Part shown: piece after piece, positions 48,301 through 61,809 of the stretch
Position numbering within the stretch: position 1 is the stretch's first letter
How the letters are laid out: each line of letters begins with the position of its first letter
From: Macrostomum hystrix
Taxonomy: Eukaryota > Animalia > Platyhelminthes
Direction of reading: 5' to 3'
DNA: 64,000 bases
Assembly: GCA_950097015.1 (NCBI GenBank)
Contig: CATNEN010000019.1
Span: forward strand, 124,001-188,000
The notes under the pieces: model-generated
What the model saw: the letters and a program-made list of their open reading frames with translations, nothing else
The model's database searches: none
What the model was told of the DNA's origin: nothing
Program-made: the position numbers and the translations under genes

Positions 48301-48615
48301 ACTCTCCAGATAAAGGCAATGATAGGCGCCTAGCCGCTGTCGGCGCATTCTTTGAAGATCGTTGAAGTCGCCCCTGGTGTAACTGAGATCCACAGTGAAT
48401 GATGGGCTACTACTAACGAAGTTTTTGCCCTCACGGTCAGAAACGCCAATGAATCCGTTGCGGTTGGAACAGTTAAATGACTTGGAGCTGTCAGTGCTGA
48501 TGTTGACTTGCACTAGGGTGTCTCCAATATAGCGCGTTATAGTTGGAAGCGTCTGAGCTGTCGCAGTCGTAATCAGGGCTACGAGCAGCAAAAACAGCGG
48601 CGCCAGTTTTAGCAT
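39327..48615 (-). CDS. Secreted Ig-domain/LDL-receptor class A protein, perlecan-N-terminus-like (about 860 aa, 12 exons)
   Basis: Exons 48264..48615, 47441..47558, 46962..47140, 46530..46838, 46073..46375, 45521..45790, 42559..42850, 42269..42405 (or 42393), 41840..41986, 39884..40030, 39436..39744 and 39327..39334 are all phase-compatible GT-AG. Signal peptide, Ig-like repeats, three LDLa modules (e.g. CDGQDDCGNGYDE), then an Ig with WRRNW. The last exon is tentative. Confidence 0.8.
40506..41323. mobile_element. Solo LTR (818 bp)
   Basis: Termini TGTGACGT...ACGTCACA (8-bp inverted) flanked by a 4-bp direct repeat AGTC. Confidence 0.75.
43207..45326 (+). mobile_element. 5'-truncated RTE-like non-LTR retrotransposon, antisense in intron 6 of the Ig/LDLa gene
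   Basis: RT motifs KATGPDEIP, RGISL, FVDFLKAFD, GVLQGDTLAPFLF, GYADD and FRYLG; (TTGTA)n tail; 10-bp TSD TGATTTATAT; frameshifts. Confidence 0.92.
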
Positions 48616-50691
48616 GTTTTCAGCTGGATTCTACAATGCTTCATGATATCATAATCAACTGATGTAGCATTAGCTTCGCACTTTCAACTGATAATTCGAG
48701 AAACCATCGAATATAAGACCGCAATCACTAATTGATTGCGGTGTAAAAATTTGCGTATAATTAATATACGGCTCGTACAGTCTATAGAAAAAATCGTATA
48801 AAAGGGGTAAAGGCGATTACGTTTATATTTAAATCAAGGTATCATTCAGACCGACGACAACGCTAAAACAATGACTTAAATTACCCACCGAAGCTTGGGC
48901 TCGTTCTCAATGGCGGTATGCTCTCGTAGTGCTCTATATACTTACTTTAAAAAATTTCGCACACAGGCTTGAATAAACGTCTTTTTAAGTACCGTAAAAA
49001 TATTAGCTATATTTCTTTTCTGTTGTCTAACAGTTACAGCTAATTACGAATAAGCGAAAATGGACCGAAGCCGAGTGATCGTGTAACTCACCAGCAAATA
49101 ATTTGCTTGATTCTCCCGTGCAAGAGAATTAAGACTAAAACTGACTGGGCACACGTTTTTGGTTTTATATACATTTGGGCTCAAAAGAGTTAGTTATCTT
49201 TCCACTTCCGAGGCAAGTCTAGGTCAGGTGCAGCCAGAGTGTCGCACGCCTCAAGCAAAGATTAGGTCAAAGGAGCCGCTCTAAGTTAGCGTTTGCTGGT
49301 ACAGGCAACCGAACTAACTGATTGTTTCAGCAAAACAGAATGCACAGTGCAATACAATGGCCATTCCAAGATAACGAATTAATATATCCAAGTGACAAGA
49401 CAGCATAAAGTAATCCAGCTATGAATGATCTTGCAAACACAACCAGTCCCGCAACTCATTTATTTCAGACACCAGAGATTATGGCTCCCAAGGTTCGTTA
49501 TCGCAGCAGGTGCGTCTTGCATGATCGTTCAGCCTTTGCTGGGTAAAAAATAAACACAAGACAGTTCTATATTCGGCTGGATATCATTGTGGTTATTCAA
49601 GGTTATCCAAGCTCAAAGCATAAGAGCGTAATGACATATTGCATGATATCAGCTATCAGTAGCTTTTCATTTCGTGATGTTTCACTCTCTAATCAAATCT
49701 AAATTAACTTCCCTGTTTTTTTTACAAGCCTCCAATGTCGCTGTAAAGAAAAACAGCATATTCTCAAATCATCAGTGAAAATAAACAAACAAATCCATGG
49801 TTATGAAGTTCACTTCGATTTTTGTAAACTCAAAGTACCCAGAAGTTACACAAATACGAGAAGCAGTAAAAGTGTAAGAGCTAAAACTCATAGATGAGCT
49901 CAATAAAAGTGTTAACGCAAGATCTAGTTTTATTTTTTTCGAACCTATACGAACATTATAAAACTTATTGCAACGACTAAATACGAGAGGTTGCAAAAAC
50001 CAACACAAAAAATATTAGAACTACGAATACTTTGTAGGGGAAAAGTGATAATGACATACAGTTGGACAATCTTAAAAGCCGGAAAATATTTTGATCGACC
50101 AAATTATCCCAGATGTTTAGCTCATTTCAGATACAAATTTACGATTTAATCTACGTAAGTCGGCCTGAGGGTCTCCCTAAGTAAGGAGCCTACTGGGACA
50201 TCGTAAAATTGAATTACTTGAAACAGCGAAGCATGACAAAATTATTAAGAGGAAACTAAACGAAAGAAAAACATGAATACATTTCAAATGAGACAAAAGC
50301 AAAGGCTAATTGAAACTTAAATATAGCAGACAGGCATTTACCAACTATATCAGAAGTCTATATCTGGGTAATCAAAAGTGTTAAAATAGTATAGATCTAA
50401 GAAACAGAGATTATATGCAGCATATCTACAGCACGACTTAGGTACAATGTAACATTAATTCCTCTCAGAGGTATAAAATAAAAAGCTATTTTAAAGCTAT
50501 TTGAGTAATAACAGCCTCCGGAACAGTAAAAGTTGCGCTTACTAAAACAAAAGCATACATATTTACAGATGAAAAAGGTATTCGTACTCACAGTATTGAA
50601 AATGTTTAAAAGAAAAAACTTATAAGGCATAACAAGCAATACTATACGCTTAATGCATCCTGTCTTCAGATAGGGCCTCATGCAGAAACTG

Positions 50692-53600
50692 TCAGATCGG
50701 GCTGTCGATAACAGCCACTCCAGCATAGCTGCGGCCAGTCATCATGCTGTTGGGTAGCAGAACCCATGAATCAGTTCGAGGATCATAGCGCTCCACGGAG
50801 CCCAGATTCGAAGAGCCGTCATCGCCACCCACCACAAACAGGTAGCCATTGTAGGCGACAACTCCAGCATTGCGTCGGCACAGGTGCATGTTGGCCACAA
50901 CGGACCAGGCACCGGAAACGGGACTGAATCGCTCTACACTGTTCCTTACCAACGGCCCGTCGTGCCCACCAACGGCGTACAGGTGGCCATCGAGGGTACC
51001 GACGCCGGTGCCGCTGCGGCGACATGTCATGTCGGCCACTGGGTGCCAGTTGTCCTGCGCCGGATCGTAGCGTTCAACGCTGGCTAGACACTGGCGGCTC
51101 TGGCCATCATAGCCACCTACTGCGTACAGACAGCCGGAAAGAACGCCGACTCCTACCGAGCTGCGGCGTGTAGCCATCGAGGCAATAGGGCTCCACTTGT
51201 TGCCGGCCGGATTGTACACTTCAGCAGTATTAAGCCCGCTAGAACCGTCAAAGCCGCCGACCGCGTAGACGAGACCATCAAGAGAGGCCACGCCCAAAGT
51301 GGAGCGGCGCGCCTCCATGTTGGCCACAGTGGCCCACTCGTCCCTAGTTGGGTCGTATACCTCGCAGGTGCGCACGCGCAAGGAGCCGTTGAAGCCACCG
51401 ACGGCGTAGACTAGGCCGCCAACAAGGGCCACACCGCAGCGGCAGCGACGCGAGGGCATCTCCGAGACTGGGTACCAGCGCTCCTCTTTGAAGCTGAAGC
51501 ACTCAACAGTGCGAATAGCCTTGGGCGCCTGACCGCCAATTACTATCAGTATCTTGGGTAGACCCACCGGGTTTCGCGGTCTCGTACGCTCGCTGCGATA
51601 CTTAGCTTTCTGGTCAGGCTTAAGCAAGTGATAACGCAGCGCCTCAATCAGGTAGTCCTTGCAGCACAGGCTGCCCTTCAGCAGGGCCTCTTCCTCAACA
51701 ATTCGCAACAGGTAATCTTGTGGTAAATGGGCGAATCTAACATGCGACAGAAGCGAATCGGCGTGCTGCTGCCGGTTTGCGAGGTCTTGTTTTAGCCATT
51801 TGAAGACAGCCTCGATGACCTCGACCTGTAAGGTAGAGGTAGAAACCAATGCGATTTACCTTTTTTTCAAAGCAAATGCTAGCTTAGCTGCCCAGCGTTT
51901 TTCAAGAATTAAAACTAGATTTAAGGACAGCAGAGTATTACCTTAGTGCGTCCAAAAAGTTCTTAGACACCCCTAATATCTCTGCATGTGTTCGACCGAT
52001 TTTGATGAAAAAATACACAATCATAAATTAATATGTAATAAATTCAGCGCTAAAGTTTTAAATTAGTCGGGTGGACAGAAAAAAAGTTATCGATCATTTA
52101 CTAAAGAACCAACGAAATTAGCAATACGATTTTTTAAGAGCATCGAATCGGGATACCAAGTGGGATGTCGCATCTGGTCTTTAGAATGGGTCAGCAAAAT
52201 ATCGAGTGGTTAATTTTAAAGCTTTCGCTAGGTATAAATCATTAATAGCAAGCTTATAGTCATTTATTCATAGATTATAAAGAGCGAAAATGAAAAAGCA
52301 GTAGGCAGCACAAGTCTGAGTGCGCAGAAACAACGTCAGACGTTTGAGACAAAGAGTATTGAGATCACTTTGATTTGAGAATGGCTAGCGCATAGGGCAA
52401 TAAAATTTCTCAGCGCCGGATCGTTTATGCCTTTGCTGACGAAGGCATGTCCGTGAGCAATATCCACCAGAGATTGCTCAGTCGCTTTGGAGACGATGTC
52501 TGCTGTCGAGCAACCATCGCGAACTGGGTCCGGAAGAGAAAGGACGGCGAAACGAGCGTGCTGAGGGGCTGATTAGAGCGATTCCTAGGGGCATGTGGTC
52601 GGCGTGGATCGAGGAGCTGCCAACGCGGTATGATAAGTGCATTCGACGGAATGGAGACTTTTTTTGAAGATTTTCACGATTGGTAACCTGAAATTTTGAA
52701 GTTCCAGAACTTGCCAGCTGAACTGTTTGCTCGTTAACTTAAACTTGTTTTGCGCTAAAATCGTATTGCCAATTTCGTTGGTTCTCTAGTAAATGATTGA
52801 CAACTTTTTTTCTGTCCACCCGACTTATTTAAAACTTTAGCGCTGAATTTATTACATATTAATTTATGATTGTGTATTTTTTCATCAAAATCGGTCGAAC
52901 ACATGCAGAGATATTAGGGGTGTCTAAGAACTTTTTGGACGCACTAAGGTAGTTAATTTCTCGCATTTTTTAAAAAAGCATCTGATTAAACAGCAAACGC
53001 AGGGCAAAACAACAAGCGAACCTCAGCGGAGCATGTGAGCCGATCAGAGCAGACCAATTGCCGCAATTGATCGTAGGTAAGCTGAAGAAATTCTTCCTCG
53101 TGCTGCATGACCTTTGTAAAGTACTCCTCTGCATACTGCCTGGCCGCATTGTATAGCTCTGTGCAGGAGTGCATGTCGGCAAAGCGCAGAATTCCCAGAC
53201 AGTTGGAAGGGTGCAGCTGGCTCTGCAGAAAGTCACAACAGGCCTCGCGCACCTCGGCCAGTTGTAGCAGGTTAGCGGCCGGCAACAGGGCTTGAACATT
53301 GTCCTCAGTTACATGAATCTCAGTTGTGTAGATAAAATCTACCAGAGCGGCCAGAACCCGGCCATCGATTTGAAGCATGCGCACCCGGGATTGTCGCGAC
53401 TCACACAGTTCGCTAGTGAACATTGCGCGAAAGTAGGCTGAGCAGGAGGCCAGAACAACTCTGGTGAAAGGGACGTCGAGGCTAGACTGCATTAGGATGT
53501 CGAGACGCATACCATTTCTATATATGGGGTGCTAGACAGTAACGCTATGCGTACTTTGAGAAAGACCACTAATCCATAATCTTTAAAAAATAGAACCCAG

Positions 53601-53995
53601 AAAAGAACACGACACAGAATGGTCGGGTCACTGGTCCATTCCCAGTCTGACCTGTGAGCGGGAATCTCCTCGTTGTCAGCCTCCAGCAAGACGTCGCACA
53701 ATAGCCGACCATCTAGCCGCATTTGATTGATGTTGCGGAACGCTTTTTGTGTGTGATTCTGAACCGACCGAAACGGCGCGCTGCAAAGTAAAAAGTCCTG
53801 CTCAGCCTCAGGTTCCATCAGATTTGATTCGCGACAGAAAGTTAGGCTGACTGCGCCGGTGTCTGCCTCCGCCTCCGTACCGGCTCCTCCGACAGCCGCA
53901 ACTGCTCCTTCTGCCAGCGCAGCAGCAGCTGCTTCACTTGCCTCCTCAATCTGCAAGATTGGCCATTGAATCTGAGCGGATGGAGCGGATAGATG
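50692..53995 (-). CDS. KLHL2/3: Kelch-like BTB-BACK-6xKelch protein (KLHL2/KLHL3, Drosophila kelch ortholog); exons ?..53652, 53022..53460, 50692..51825
   Basis: BTB (CDVLLEAD..EIPAHR|VVLASCSAYFRAMF), BACK (QLHPSNCLGI) and six kelch repeats (IGGQAPKAIRTVEC, VGGFNGSLRVRT, GGYDGQSRQCL). 5' coding start unresolved: acceptors at 53995 or 53950, or ATG at 53818. Confidence 0.9.
51941..52949. mobile_element. Tc1/mariner-derived non-autonomous element in a KLHL intron
   Basis: TA TSD, TIRs of about 195 bp (CCTTAGTGCGTCCAAAAAGTTC...), and a residual transposase tail (ELPTRYDKCIRRNGDFF). Confidence 0.88.
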
Positions 53996-54951
53996 CTAAA
54001 ACAAACATTCAGCTTAAAACCAAACATGTCTTCACCTAGCGAGCACCTCAGTTTAGAGGCGATTAATATTATCTAACTCAGCAGCAACAGTAGCAGCAGC
54101 AGCAGCTATTGGTAAAATTTTTATCGTAGTGGAATTAGTTACGAGCGTATAAGCCTTAACTTATTCCAATCTTTAAGATTGGGCTCAATTATTACTTTTT
54201 GTTTATTACTTGCCTATTTTTTGAAAGGGCGTACAAAATATTTTAAATGCCTTACTAAGTTAACTTTTTAACGAAATAAACTTCTGTACACATAAAATAG
54301 TACAAATTTGAAGACATCACTGTCACTGAAAGCTTAACTAAAGTTTCCATGGTGCCACGACCGCATTTTTTGTTTTGCTTCTACGGGTTTAGTACGTGAT
54401 GTAACACTAGACCTTTCGCAACAATTCAGAAACCAGAATTAAAACTAAACTAAACTAAACTACATGTAGTTCGAACGAAATTCGATACTGATAAGTAGGT
54501 CAATAATATAGTCAATAATTGACTGTATTATTTTTATAAAACTTAGACGCAAACTCCAAATGACCTAAAAACTAGCGTTCGTACTTTCCCATTTAACAGT
54601 CAACAAATCAACAAAACCCTGAATTTAAAGTGCTTGTAAAGTACTCCTCATACTCGTAGTAGGCATCTAGTGGATATAAAAACAATTCTAGACAAAGTAA
54701 GTAAGGAAAAAATGAACGTGAACTGTCGAAATGCACAAGTCAATCAGATACAACCGTGTGCGAATTTCCTACTTAAGTCTTTAGTTAATCTTTTGTTAAT
54801 TAATTCACAGAATACAGCAAGTGCAACATAAGGGACTTTAACGCAAACATTGGGCATCGATGAATTCGGAGCAGATCGAGGCGAAATGCGCTATCAATAT
54901 CGAGGCGGTTTAGCAACGATACGCTCGTACTTGAAGGTAGCTCAAATTAAA

Positions 54952-56597
54952 TCAACTACATGGCCTATCGCCAGTGTCATTGCCTGATGCAGCCCTGGCT
55001 TTGTCCAGCCGCAATCGTTCGACATAACGTCGAAAAGACTCCAGCTCCATTCGATCGTCGGGTTCTTCCGCTCTTGCTGCTGCTACGTTGCTTGTTCCGG
55101 AGCCGTCATCATCGCTGCTCTCAGAATCCCACGCCGGTCCGCCTCCAATGAACATGTCAGATTTAAGACGCGTCGATGCCAAATCACTGGCAGTGGCGGC
55201 AGCCGTCGAGGCACCGGGAGCAGCGGAAGCTGCAGCAGCTTCTACTCGCAGCTTCTCATACATGGGAGCATAGTCTGTGTAGTACTCTCCAACAGCGTCC
55301 CGCACCCGGCTAAGGAAGAGCGGCAGGCCGTCGCCAGTAGCAGCGCTGACGCCAGCGCAACGAAGGCCGGCATAAAAGCTGTCAAGGATCAGGCTCATCG
55401 AGCGGGTCAGATTGCTCAAGTAGCTGCGTTCCTGGCGAAGAGCCTCCTACAACCCGGGATAAGCGGAGGAGCAAAGGATTTTAATTTGGGTGTAGCGGCT
55501 TTTAGCGCGATACGATGGCTTGCCAAATGAAAGTGCGCTTGTATTTTGAGTGCGACACAATACGCTAGTATACAAATACGGCGAGATGCGATAGACATAA
55601 TCGATGGAGTTTTCCTTTTTTTGCGGCCATAGACAACATATTGCGGGGTTTCTGTGGCCGCCAATGTTGTGAAACTTTAGTCAATGGCTTTATGAATAGC
55701 TACCCGAATCCCCGTCTGACTACCATGAACAGATTGAATCAGAGCATGGCGAGAATATTTTTTATAGCCATTGGGGTCAAAGATGATAAATAGTTGAAGT
55801 TGAAGTAGAATGCATGCACTTAAATCTTTATGTAGACATTCTGAAATGAACAGAAAATTACAAAAAAACGCACCTGAAAAGACTCGAAATCCTGCATCCA
55901 CTCAATGGCAAAGTCGGCAGACATGATGTCCGTTTTGTTGAGAGCCACAACAAATGGCAGCCGAGTTTTGTAAAGAATGCTGCAAGCGTAGAGCATGTTG
56001 GACATAAAAGTGACTGGTGAGTGGCTCCGCGGCGTGTCCATTACATAAACTAGAACGGTTGGCAATTGAGCAGCCAGGGCCTCGGTGATAATTGAGCCGG
56101 AAGCAGACCAGGTGAACGCCTCAATTTGGCCAGGCGTGTCAACTAGCACGAAGTCTATGCTGGATCGGCGCGAATTAATAAGACCAAGCACCTGGTCGAA
56201 CTTGGTAGCAAACAGGTTCAGGCAGGTTAGGATAGCTCCATTCGGGCCAAGACGATACTGAGACATCACTTCCTTGTAGTTCACCGTGTCCCGAATGTCA
56301 ATACTAGCCTGCGTGACAAAATATTTATGCTTCACCGCGACAGGACACCAAAACACAGTTTAGCAGAACGAAAAATTAAATACGACCTACCTGATAAGGC
56401 ACTTGCAACACAGCAGGATCCATATTTATTGGATAGGTAGGAGAGTTCTGGAACAACAGTTGAGCGTTAAGGCGCTGCACAAAAGTTGTCTTGCCGCTAC
56501 CGGCCATACCCAGAATTAGCAGGCACACAGGGCTATGTGCTGCAGGCTCTACCGTAGCTGGTTCGATCAATGATGCAGCTGGCATTGCTTCAGCCAT
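54952..56597 (-). CDS. GPN1: GPN-loop GTPase 1; exons 56391..56597, 55874..56308, 54952..55446
   Basis: [38 protein letters not shown] and LNKTD motifs; phase-0 GT-AG junctions. Confidence 0.95.
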
Positions 56598-57353
56598 TGT
56601 TTTACCAAGTTGGGCTTATTCAGCTGAAACTGAAAGCGTAATAGAATAGCAAAGCAGCTAGAAATTCATTTAAATCTGTTCACTAACTAAACTGTCTACA
56701 AACCAACTGTCAGTCGAGCGGAAGGGATCGTGTTGGGATTCGATGCTTTCCAAAACATATCTATCTGAGTTGAGGCCGAAGAAGAAAACACTCAGGGCAA
56801 TTATAATGCTAGAATTGCCAAGTTGAAGTTTACGTTTTATTTTTAAATAAGTCGGGTCGTGACAGACAAGCTATATATGATATAGCAGATATATAGGTAT
56901 AAGCAGAGAAAGGGAGATAGAAATTTCGGAATCGGACACCTTACAATGCAATTACTCAGTAAATTGCAGACGATATTTAGATTTCAAAGTGTAGTGGTGA
57001 GAAGTAAAAGTGCAACATAAAAATTTCACAGGACGTTAGATTGAAACCGCAAGTTAACCAGATACTACTAGAACTAGACTTTTTAAGGCTTTAGATAAAA
57101 ACTGATGTTAATGTAATGTAATCTAATACCGAGACTGATTTTCATAGCTTTATGTTCTATCAGGGGAACTTTTAAGTTAAAAAAATGAGTAAGGCTGTGC
57201 GTATAGGCAACAGATATAAGATAGTCGAGCTAGGGGTCATTCTGGATAAATGGTAACATTTCGATCTTTAAGGGTCGATAGAGAACGTTAGAGAGAACGT
57301 TACTGAATATGCAAACAAGATGTAGTAGTTTTAGCGGTACAAGATGTAGTCGA

Positions 57354-58661
57354 TTATATGTAAAGACCCTCAGGTGTGCCCTCGTTCTTCCTATACAGAA
57401 CGTTGTCCTTGGCCTTCTTAAAGTCATCGTTAGTGACTTTCATACGACGCTCGCGCAGAGCCAGCAGGCCAGCTTCGGTGCAGATAGCCTTGATGTCAGC
57501 ACCTGATAGCTCCTCCTTGGACATGATGTATTCCTCCAGATTGACATCATCAGCCAAAGTCATTTTTGAGGTGTGAATGTTAACGATTCGGCGCTTGGTC
57601 TTTTCATCAGGCAGGGGAAACTCGATCTTGCGATCGATTCGACCTGGTCGGATGAGGGCCGGGTCCAAACTGTCGATACGATTCGTGGCCATGATCACCT
57701 TGACGTCGCCACGCGAGTCAAAGCCGTCCAGCTGGTTGAGCAGCTCAAGCATGGTGCGCTGGATTTCGCGCTCGCCGCCAGAGTTGGACTCATAGCGCTT
57801 GGTGCCGACAGCGTCAATCTCGTCGATGAACACAATGGATGGCGCGTGCTCTTCGGCTACACGGAAGATTTCGCGTACCAGCTTCGGCCCGTCTCCAAGG
57901 TATTTCTGGATAAGCTCGGAGCCGACAACTCGTAGGAAGGTGGCCGAAGTGGCCGAGGCCACCGCCTTAGCAAGCAGGGTCTTTCCTGTGCCGGGAGCGC
58001 CATACAGGATTACTCCCTTCGGTGGCTTGATGCCCATCTCCTCGTAAAGCTCCGGGTGTGTAAGCGGTAGTTCCACAGACTCTTTGATCTCCTGTATCTG
58101 GGTGTCTAAACCGCCAATGTCCGCGTAGGTCTCTTTTGGTGCTTTATCTAACTTCATCATGGACACCATCGGATCAGCATCGTCAGCCAGCACGCCAACA
58201 ACGGAGTGCATTTTATGGTTCAGCAGAACTGAGCAGCCAGGCTCAAGAAGATCTTTGTCAACAAAGCTCAAGACGCTCACGTAGTGCTCAGACCCAACAG
58301 ACGTGCTCACAATGGCGTGGTTATCGTCAATGATCTCTTCAAGTGAACCCACTGACATCGGTGATCCACGAAGATCATCTATCTTGGATCGCTCTTCTTC
58401 ATTTTTTTCCTCGTCTGTCTTTAGGCGCTCCTGGTTCTTAATGAATTCCTCCTCCATCAGCAGGTAGTCTTTGATGCGCTCGAGTTTCAGCAGGCGCAGC
58501 TTGCATCGTGTATGCGGCGTTACAGTCGGCAATCGATCAGCCGAATCTGGGCCACGAGATTTTTTTTTCTTGCCAATGCGAGTTGGCACGGGTGGCTCAT
58601 ACTTCCGCTTCTTCTCCTTGTCCTTATCGCCACTCTGGCCTTGCTGTGACTGTCGCTGCCC
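57354..58661 (-). CDS. PSMC1: 26S proteasome AAA-ATPase Rpt2 (subunit 4); single long exon lacking its own ATG
   Basis: [48 protein letters not shown] and C-terminal PEGLYI. The exon begins at a CAG acceptor with GQRQ in phase 0. Confidence 0.97.
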   Translation of the reverse strand, partial: GQRQSQQGQSGDKDKEKKRKYEPPVPTRIGKKKKSRGPDSADRLPTVTPHTRCKLRLLKLERIKDYLLMEEEFIKNQERLKTDEEKNEEERSKIDDLRGSPMSVGSLEEIIDDNHAIVSTSVGSEHYVSVLSFVDKDLLEPGCSVLLNHKMHSVVGVLADDADPMVSMMKLDKAPKETYADIGGLDTQIQEIKESVELPLTHPELYEEMGIKPPKGVILYGAPGTGKTLLAKAVASATSATFLRVVGSELIQKYLGDGPKLVREIFRVAEEHAPSIVFIDEIDAVGTKRYESNSGGEREIQRTMLELLNQLDGFDSRGDVKVIMATNRIDSLDPALIRPGRIDRKIEFPLPDEKTKRRIVNIHTSKMTLADDVNLEEYIMSKEELSGADIKAICTEAGLLALRERRMKVTNDDFKKAKDNVLYRKNEGTPEGLYI

Positions 58662-60588
58662 CTGGAAGACAACAGGTGACTTTTATTTTTCAATTGTCGA
58701 AAATTTTTACAAACTTAAGTATAAAGAAAGTTAATTTTTACATATATAAATTGTTTAGGGTTATGAGATTTTGAAAGTTAATTGACTTTTTCACCACAAG
58801 CCGTAGGTGTAGAGGCTGGATGCTACATTCCACTGTATAATATAGTATATATATTATACTACTAAATACTAAATATTTTCAGTACACTAAATTTCAATCA
58901 ATGAATTAAGTCAAACAGTCCAGTGCTAGGAAGCATTTAGGGGTTAAATTGATTCAGCTACACTGAATCTGAATCGACCCTTTAACTATTAGGAACAATG
59001 ATTTAACAAAACAAGAGTTAATAAATCATTTTATAAAGGTTACAACAATCGAAATGTTGACTAGAATACATATTAAATCAAACTGATGAAGACTTAGTTT
59101 ACAAAAGCATTACTAAATCTGGGTATTCTAGAATTTAACTTTCAAATCATGAATACACGTAAGTACTAAATGACAAAATTCAATGCTAAACCTAGAATTT
59201 ATGAGACTAAAAAAATGTTTAGACACTAACTTTACTTTGTTATAGGATGCATCATCCCAGGTGGACCATTGATTCCATAAGCCCCTGGCAGGAAAACGCA
59301 CACTATCTCTTTCTTTCTATTAATATGTTAACAATAATGTATCAATATTAGTTATTATAAAATAGTAAAAATAATAAGAACAATATTTATAATCATGTAT
59401 CTATATCATAAACTATCGACAAAAAGGATACACATGTGACCAAACATTTTAAAGAAATAGGCAAAGTTCTTTAAAGCCAAACCAGAATTTTAATAGTAAA
59501 AGAAAAGTGTAACTTAAATGCAACAAACAAATCCTGCATTGAAGCAAATAGTTTGTTAATTTATTTGTAAGTTTTTATAATAATTTATTAAATTTTATTA
59601 AATTTATTAAATTTATAATAATTTATTAGTAATAATTTATATTATTAAAATTAGTTGAATGACACTAATTTTCACTTGTATTTTTTCCTTAAAAACTAGG
59701 AGCAAATCTACTAATCTAGTTCAGAGCAAGCCAGCTCACTGGCCTTATAAGTATGCTGAGTTAGTTAATAGTAAATCAGCTGAATGACTCAACCAAAAAA
59801 ATACTGCCAAGTAGCTAAATCCCCATTCAGAATCAGTGAGTTGTTATCTATATATATAAAAGTGAAAACTCTGTCTGTCTGTGTGTGTGCAACCTTTTGT
59901 CTTTATAGACGCTGAAACCGCTCAACCAAATCGCACCAAACTTTGCACATACCTAAAACCACCTACGCTGAGTGCAATAGGCTACTCAAATTCCCGAAAA
60001 ATCATTTCCTTCCTGCTCAAAAGTGCAAAAAACTGCTCAAAAATTGTCAAAAAATCACTCAATTCGACATATCGTCGCCCCACTTTGTCAGATTTTCTCC
60101 AAATTTGATTCACTTACACTTTACATGTTTTCCAACAATGCTGTCAATTTTGAACATCTCTACTCAATCCAGAGCAAAGCTGCATCATCTCAAAGTGAGT
60201 CACTTTTTGTTTTCCGAGGACAGCCACCCCAACTCCCCTCCACCACTCTGCGGGCCAAATTTTATTACAGCCACCCCCTCCCTTCCCCAGGCGCCGAAGC
60301 CCCAGACTGTACATTGTATTTCAAGCCGTGAATGTACACAGCCCAAACCCCTAGACTGTCTACTGGCCCCCAAGCAGCACTGAGACTGAGTGCGGTGAGT
60401 GCGGTGGCGTCCCAGTGCGCAGGGCTCTCCGGTCGATATTTCTCTCCAGCCAGCCTGGGATAGAAGAAAGAGAGGCTGGCGTACAGTGCTTTGCTAAAAT
60501 ATACAGAGGCTTAGCCTCTCCCACTGAAGAGCAGAGAAAGATTTTTCAACACAGGTCCCCTGTCATTCGGACTACTTCTAACTTTCAG

Positions 60589-61809
60589 ATGCCACCTAAG
60601 AAAAGTTTTTTAAGTCGCTTGACTAAAGCAGCTCGACGAGCAACAGCAAGGCCAAACAATGCAGTAGAAGACGGCGCAACAACAGCAGCACCTAGACCAA
60701 GCACCTCAGCACAGCCACAAGCAGCTTCAAGTGAAAATGAAGCTGAGCCAGTCCAGCCTTATAACCTTCGACCTCAGACAAGAGCACAGACATCAGGCAC
60801 CAGTGGAAGCAGTGCTGGAGCTGCAATAAGTTCTACAGCCATTCACGGCAGAGACGTAGATAGGCGACGAGAGCTTAACAGAGAGCGAACTGCCGAGGCC
60901 CATTGCAATGAGACTGCAGTCCAGACACAGCAGCGCCAAGAACAGAACAGAGACCGGACTGCCGAGGCCCGTCGCAATGAGACTGCAGTCCAGACACAGC
61001 AGCGCCAAGAACAGAACAGAGACCGGACTGCCGAGGCCTGTCGCAATGAGACTGCAGTCCAGACACAGCAGCGCCAAGAACTGGACAGAGACCGGACTGC
61101 CGAGGCCCGTTGCAATGAAACAGCCAACCAGGCTGAAGTGCGTTGGCAGGATGATCGAGAGCGGCATAGGGAACGCGCTGAGACCTTCCAATTTGTTGGA
61201 CCACCCCCGGCCCCAACAAACCCCAACGTTGACGAACCTGATCAGCCAGCTGGCCCACATCCTTGGGCACTGAATGCGGCTCTGAGTTATGATCCCACTG
61301 TTGTCTATGGTGTCCATCCTAAACTTGCGATGGCGAGAATGTCGGTCAAATGCGCACGCTGCAATGCATTAAGATGGGCCAACGAAACTCCAGGCATGTG
61401 CTGTTCCAACGGAAAGGTCAGACTTGAACCTTTGAACGAGAACCTGCCACCATGCCTTCGGCATCTGTTGCTGGGTGAGACAGAAGAATCTGAGCACTTT
61501 CTGTCTAATATCCTGTGCTACAACAGCTGCTTTCAAATGACTTCTTTTGGAGCTAAAAGTATTGTCTGTGAGCCAGGGTTCATGCCTGCATTCAAAGTCC
61601 AAGGTCAGGTGTACCATGACATAGGATCATTGCTACCACTGCCTGGAGAGGAGCCAAAGTTCCTGCAGATCTACTTCATGGGAGATCATCAAGAGCAGGT
61701 TGAGCGCCGATGTAGAATCACTCCAGGAGTGTGTGCCAACATTGTATTTGAGTTACAGGAAGTCCTGCACGAGAAAAGTCCTGCTCGAAGGCTCAGGGAC
61801 AGTCGCTGA
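60589..61809 (+). CDS. Helitron Rep-helicase N-terminal fragment with 69-bp coding repeats and a Zn finger
   Basis: About 4 repeats of EQNRDRTAEARRNETAVQTQQRQ; CARCNALRW..E...CCSNGKV; YNSCFQMTSFG; FKVQGQVYH; FLQIYF. Truncated by the deletion. Confidence 0.88.
   Translation: MPPKKSFLSRLTKAARRATARPNNAVEDGATTAAPRPSTSAQPQAASSENEAEPVQPYNLRPQTRAQTSGTSGSSAGAAISSTAIHGRDVDRRRELNRERTAEAHCNETAVQTQQRQEQNRDRTAEARRNETAVQTQQRQEQNRDRTAEACRNETAVQTQQRQELDRDRTAEARCNETANQAEVRWQDDRERHRERAETFQFVGPPPAPTNPNVDEPDQPAGPHPWALNAALSYDPTVVYGVHPKLAMARMSVKCARCNALRWANETPGMCCSNGKVRLEPLNENLPPCLRHLLLGETEESEHFLSNILCYNSCFQMTSFGAKSIVCEPGFMPAFKVQGQVYHDIGSLLPLPGEEPKFLQIYFMGDHQEQVERRCRITPGVCANIVFELQEVLHEKSPARRLRDSR

Noticed and set aside
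57309-58774. Plus-strand ORFs opposite PSMC1
   Set aside because: They are antisense shadows caused by codon bias.
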